DNA of 64,000 nucleotides from Elusimicrobiota bacterium (GTDB lineage Bacteria; Elusimicrobiota; Elusimicrobia; F11): NCBI GenBank assembly GCA_046153645.1, contig JBJXGI010000044.1, positions 513 to 64,512 of the forward strand, read 5' to 3'. Shown piece by piece: positions 62,060 to 64,000 of this stretch (position 1 is its first letter; each line of letters starts with the position of its first letter). The notes under the pieces were generated by a model. It saw only the letters and a program-made list of their open reading frames with translations, ran no database searches and was not told where the DNA came from. The position numbers and the translations under genes were made by a program.

Positions 62060-63502
62060 TTAGACTTTCTCAAGAGAAATACGATAATGCTCCCATGCAA
62101 GTGTTTCATCTTCAATTATTTCCACAGTCCTTCCCACCTGTTTTTCAAGACGATCTTTGTTTTCTTTAAAATAGTGTGCAATGGCCGCTTGCAAAGAAAT
62201 TTTTAACACGCCTTCAGTTCTTCCCTGGGTCATCTCGAAAATTTCTTTACGTATTTTAAGAAACATCGAATCGCACGATAACACCCATCCACTGCCACTA
62301 CACTCAGCACAAGGCTCTCCCGTCATTGCTTGTAGCGACTCCCGACGACGTTCACGAGTCATTTCAACCAACCCCAATCTCGTAATAGGAAGAATTTTTA
62401 TTTTTGCATGATCGCCACGCGTTGCGCGGGCAAGAGTTTCCATCACTTTATCGCGGTCTCGTCTTTTTTTCATATCAATAAAGTCAATAACGATAATTCC
62501 ACCAATATTTCTCAAACGCAACTGGCGAGCCACTTCCTGAGCGGCTTCAATATTCGTTGCTGTCACAGTTTCTTCTTGAGAATTTTTTCCTGTGAATTTA
62601 CCTGTGTTTACATCAATTGCGCAAAGAGATTCTGCTTCTTGGATAATAATGTATCCGCCAGAGGGTAAATCAATACGAGATCCTCGCAACTTTTCAAGTT
62701 CTTCTTCGATTTTAAAAGTATTAAATAAAGGAGTGCGGCCATCATACAGTTTGACCCGATCAATTAACTCCGGAGCTAACATTTCAATAAACCCGCGTAC
62801 GTCTTCATACTCTTGACGGTTATCAATAATGAAGGCCTCAACATCTTCAGAAAGAATATCTCTGACGACTTGGAAAGTAAGGCCTAATTCTTTATGGACA
62901 AGCCCCTTACTTATTTTTTCTGATCTTTTTTTAACCGTATCCCAGAGCCTAAGTAAATATTTCATTTCTCGACGAAGAGCCTTTTCATCGACTCCTTCGG
63001 CCTCAGTCCTCACAATAACTCCTCCAGGAGGATTAAACGATTCAACAATTTTCTTTAACCGATCTCTTTCTTGATGATCTTCTACCTGGCGTGAGACGCC
63101 CAAATGGTCAGATAATGGCATGAGAATCAAATAACGCCCGGGAAGAGAAATATCCATCGTCACTTTCATACCTTTGGTTCCAATGGCTTCTTTAGCTACT
63201 TGAACCAATATGGGGTTTCCTTTTTTTAAAATTTTACTGATATCACGCTCTCTCCCATCGGCACTGAGGACATCTGAAATATAGAGATACGCATTTTTTT
63301 CTTGCCCCACATCAATAAAAGCTGACGAAATTCCGGGTAATACATTTTCAACTTTTCCGTGATAAATATTTCCAACAACTTTCTCACTTCCACCAATATG
63401 TCGATCGATAAAATATTCGGCTAATTTATCGTTTTCAATAATGGCAATCCTTGTTTCATCTGGAGTGGCATTGGCTAAAATTTGCTTCTTTACTGGTTTC
63501 AT
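62060..63502 (-). CDS. rng: RNase E/G family ribonuclease (RNase G-sized)
   Basis: GNIYHGKV S1 domain, AIDVNTG, LRLRNIGGIIVIDFIDM, CxxC...G. Confidence 0.9.
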   Translation of the reverse strand: MKPVKKQILANATPDETRIAIIENDKLAEYFIDRHIGGSEKVVGNIYHGKVENVLPGISSAFIDVGQEKNAYLYISDVLSADGRERDISKILKKGNPILVQVAKEAIGTKGMKVTMDISLPGRYLILMPLSDHLGVSRQVEDHQERDRLKKIVESFNPPGGVIVRTEAEGVDEKALRREMKYLLRLWDTVKKRSEKISKGLVHKELGLTFQVVRDILSEDVEAFIIDNRQEYEDVRGFIEMLAPELIDRVKLYDGRTPLFNTFKIEEELEKLRGSRIDLPSGGYIIIQEAESLCAIDVNTGKFTGKNSQEETVTATNIEAAQEVARQLRLRNIGGIIVIDFIDMKKRRDRDKVMETLARATRGDHAKIKILPITRLGLVEMTRERRRESLQAMTGEPCAECSGSGWVLSCDSMFLKIRKEIFEMTQGRTEGVLKISLQAAIAHYFKENKDRLEKQVGRTVEIIEDETLAWEHYRISLEKV

Positions 63503-63527
63503 AACTTCATCCTTCTACTGTTTTAAT

Positions 63528-63998
63528 TTAAGGAGCTAAAAGCTCCCCATTTTTCTTTTCAAAATATAACTGCTTACGACAAACCCGAAGACTTGTTGAG
63601 GCACTCCCCGGTATTATTTGCGAATCTTCTAATTGATAAAGAGATTGAATAATTTTTTCCGGTTTCAATGTTTTTCCAGGACCAAATCTCAAAGTTAACA
63701 TCAAAACAGAACCTTGAAGATCCCAGGAAATAACTCTTTCTCTTGCATCAATTTTTACTTCTTGTTCTTTTTTCTTCTTTATTACGAAATAAGAATCTTG
63801 TTTCCAAAAATTCTCCCACTTCTCATGAGAATTTAACAAAAAATCCGACTGAATTTCGTACAAAGCCACATTCATGGTTTCATCTAATGATGGAAAAAAC
63901 TTTGGGATGGATTTCAATTCCATCAAAGAATAACCTACCCCTAAATGCGGGTTCAAATATTCTTGCGCCGTCTTAAAATTAAGCCGGCTGATTAAATC
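63528..63998 (-). CDS. Probable DUF2344 / radical-SAM-linked protein, 5' end outside window
   Basis: Frame open to the window edge; KKK...KIDAR and GPGKTLKPE motifs; usual position upstream of rng-rplU-rpmA. Confidence 0.6.
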   Translation of the reverse strand, partial: DLISRLNFKTAQEYLNPHLGVGYSLMELKSIPKFFPSLDETMNVALYEIQSDFLLNSHEKWENFWKQDSYFVIKKKKEQEVKIDARERVISWDLQGSVLMLTLRFGPGKTLKPEKIIQSLYQLEDSQIIPGSASTSLRVCRKQLYFEKKNGELLAP

Positions 63999-64000
63999 CA

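Overview
AT-rich bacterial chromosomal window; a lineage such as Elusimicrobiota or Omnitrophota is only an inference from the style of the giant proteins. Housekeeping flanks (dusB, tRNA-Met, cysTWA, dnaX-recR, ychF-proB-obgE-rpmA-rplU-rng) surround two related giant minus-strand genes of 10,179 aa and 3,165 aa. Both share a signal peptide, a ~450-aa N-terminal domain and a terminal -QA, but carry different payloads separated by membrane modules with protease-like motifs. The larger one holds six tandem MoxR-type AAA+ modules that alternate degenerate and intact, an HExxH domain, a vWA/MIDAS domain (midasin-like layout), and eight tandem units of HExxH membrane module plus helical solenoid. 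It is bracketed by two toxin-antitoxin pairs. Also present: a DUF559 nuclease pseudogene between palindromic inverted repeats inside a ~194-bp duplication, short palindromic/heptamer elements lying in frame at the same two loops of both giant proteins, and a candidate SAM-II-type riboswitch with terminator ahead of a peroxiredoxin-sulfate ABC operon. All domain calls come from reading motifs by eye; no searches were run.
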